A stretch of DNA of 64,000 nucleotides from contig NC_043007.1 of the NCBI RefSeq assembly GCF_006345805.1, positions 23,684,001-23,748,000 of the forward strand. The letters run 5' to 3'. The position numbers were made by a program, and so were the translations under genes. The DNA is from Octopus sinensis. Its lineage: Eukaryota. Under the pieces are notes generated by a model. It was not told the origin of the DNA. It saw nothing but the letters and a program-made list of their open reading frames with translations, and did no database searches. Of the stretch, positions 63,184 through 64,000 are shown piece by piece. Each line of letters opens with the position of its first letter. Within the stretch, counting starts at the first letter, position 1.

Positions 63184-64000
63184 ATGTATGTATGTATATA
63201 CATTGAATTTCAGATCCTATGTAAGGAAGGTTCCCTATGTTGGGTCTGGAACTCGCAGTGGATCGTGAAACTGCATTCTGGTTTGCATGTGTACATATAA
63301 TTTCATATACATGTATATTTGAATGGATGTATATGTTGATTTGTTCATATACTTGTACATGTAAGTGTTGAGATATCCGTATATGCATTGGTATACATGT
63401 GAGCATTTGTATACAGTATAAACATGGCTATGCTAATCTTGACCCAAACTTTGTTCTTGTTTTTAGAATACTCCGATTCAAATGAATCCTACAAATTTAT
63501 GTATATATCATCAAATTTTCCTTGCTGTTGTTGAGGATTGGGGCATATACCCACAGGACTTGACTCAGCAAATGGGCTGTTTCCTAGAATATTTCTTGAG
63601 GGGACTTTAGTGTTTGGATAATTGTTGTGCATACAATGGATGTTTCTAGGTCAAGATTTCCTCGTTTCATTGGCTGCATAATTTATAACAGCAGTCAGTG
63701 AATGAGAAACCGAAAATGAAAAATGTCTTTTTAATAGTCCAATATTATCTAATCTAGCCTCAGAAAGTACCACTTTCTTGAACAGCTGTTCTAAACAGCA
63801 CAACATTTTTATCTCTGCTGCTGCTTTCCTGTTAGTAAATATCTTGTTGGCATCATAACTAGTCTAGGGATAGCTTGTACATGACTTGGCATGTAATAGG
63901 TTTGTGTGGTAAATGTTTTCACTTTTTAGTATTAGGTGGAGCAAACTAGCTCGGTATATTTGATGCTGCTACTTGTATGTGCTTTAAACTTAAGAATCTG

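Noticed and set aside
63490-63810. Minus frame of ~105 codons with one in-frame TGA (selenoprotein?)
   Set aside because: No redox motif context or SECIS seen, no homology recognised; chance is sufficient.

Overview
AT-rich, repeat-dense eukaryotic genomic DNA, very probably octopus (coleoid cephalopod). The species call is inferred from recognising the SINE families and the extreme (TA)n load, not from a search. No intact, nameable protein-coding gene is visible; most listed ORFs are microsatellite or transposon read-through. The window holds: four recurring SINE-like families (A-D, labels mine); many 5'-truncated RTE-clade LINE tails; decayed mariner/Tc1 and hAT transposase remnants; hAT, piggyBac-type, mariner-type and unclassified MITEs; several Penelope-type hammerhead-ribozyme-like motifs; an ~860 bp near-identical tandem duplication; and a 100-N scaffold gap. 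CpG content switches sharply (kept in ~1-8.5 kb and ~34.8-47.3 kb, nearly absent in ~9-34.7 kb and ~47.4-64 kb). This suggests two methylated gene bodies (mostly intron) flanking an unmethylated promoter domain. The most unusual object is a short element at 14786-15074 (-) joining a tRNA-derived Pol III head to a minimal type I hammerhead motif, in a head-to-head palindrome. Coordinates of decayed repeats are approximate (hand-read).
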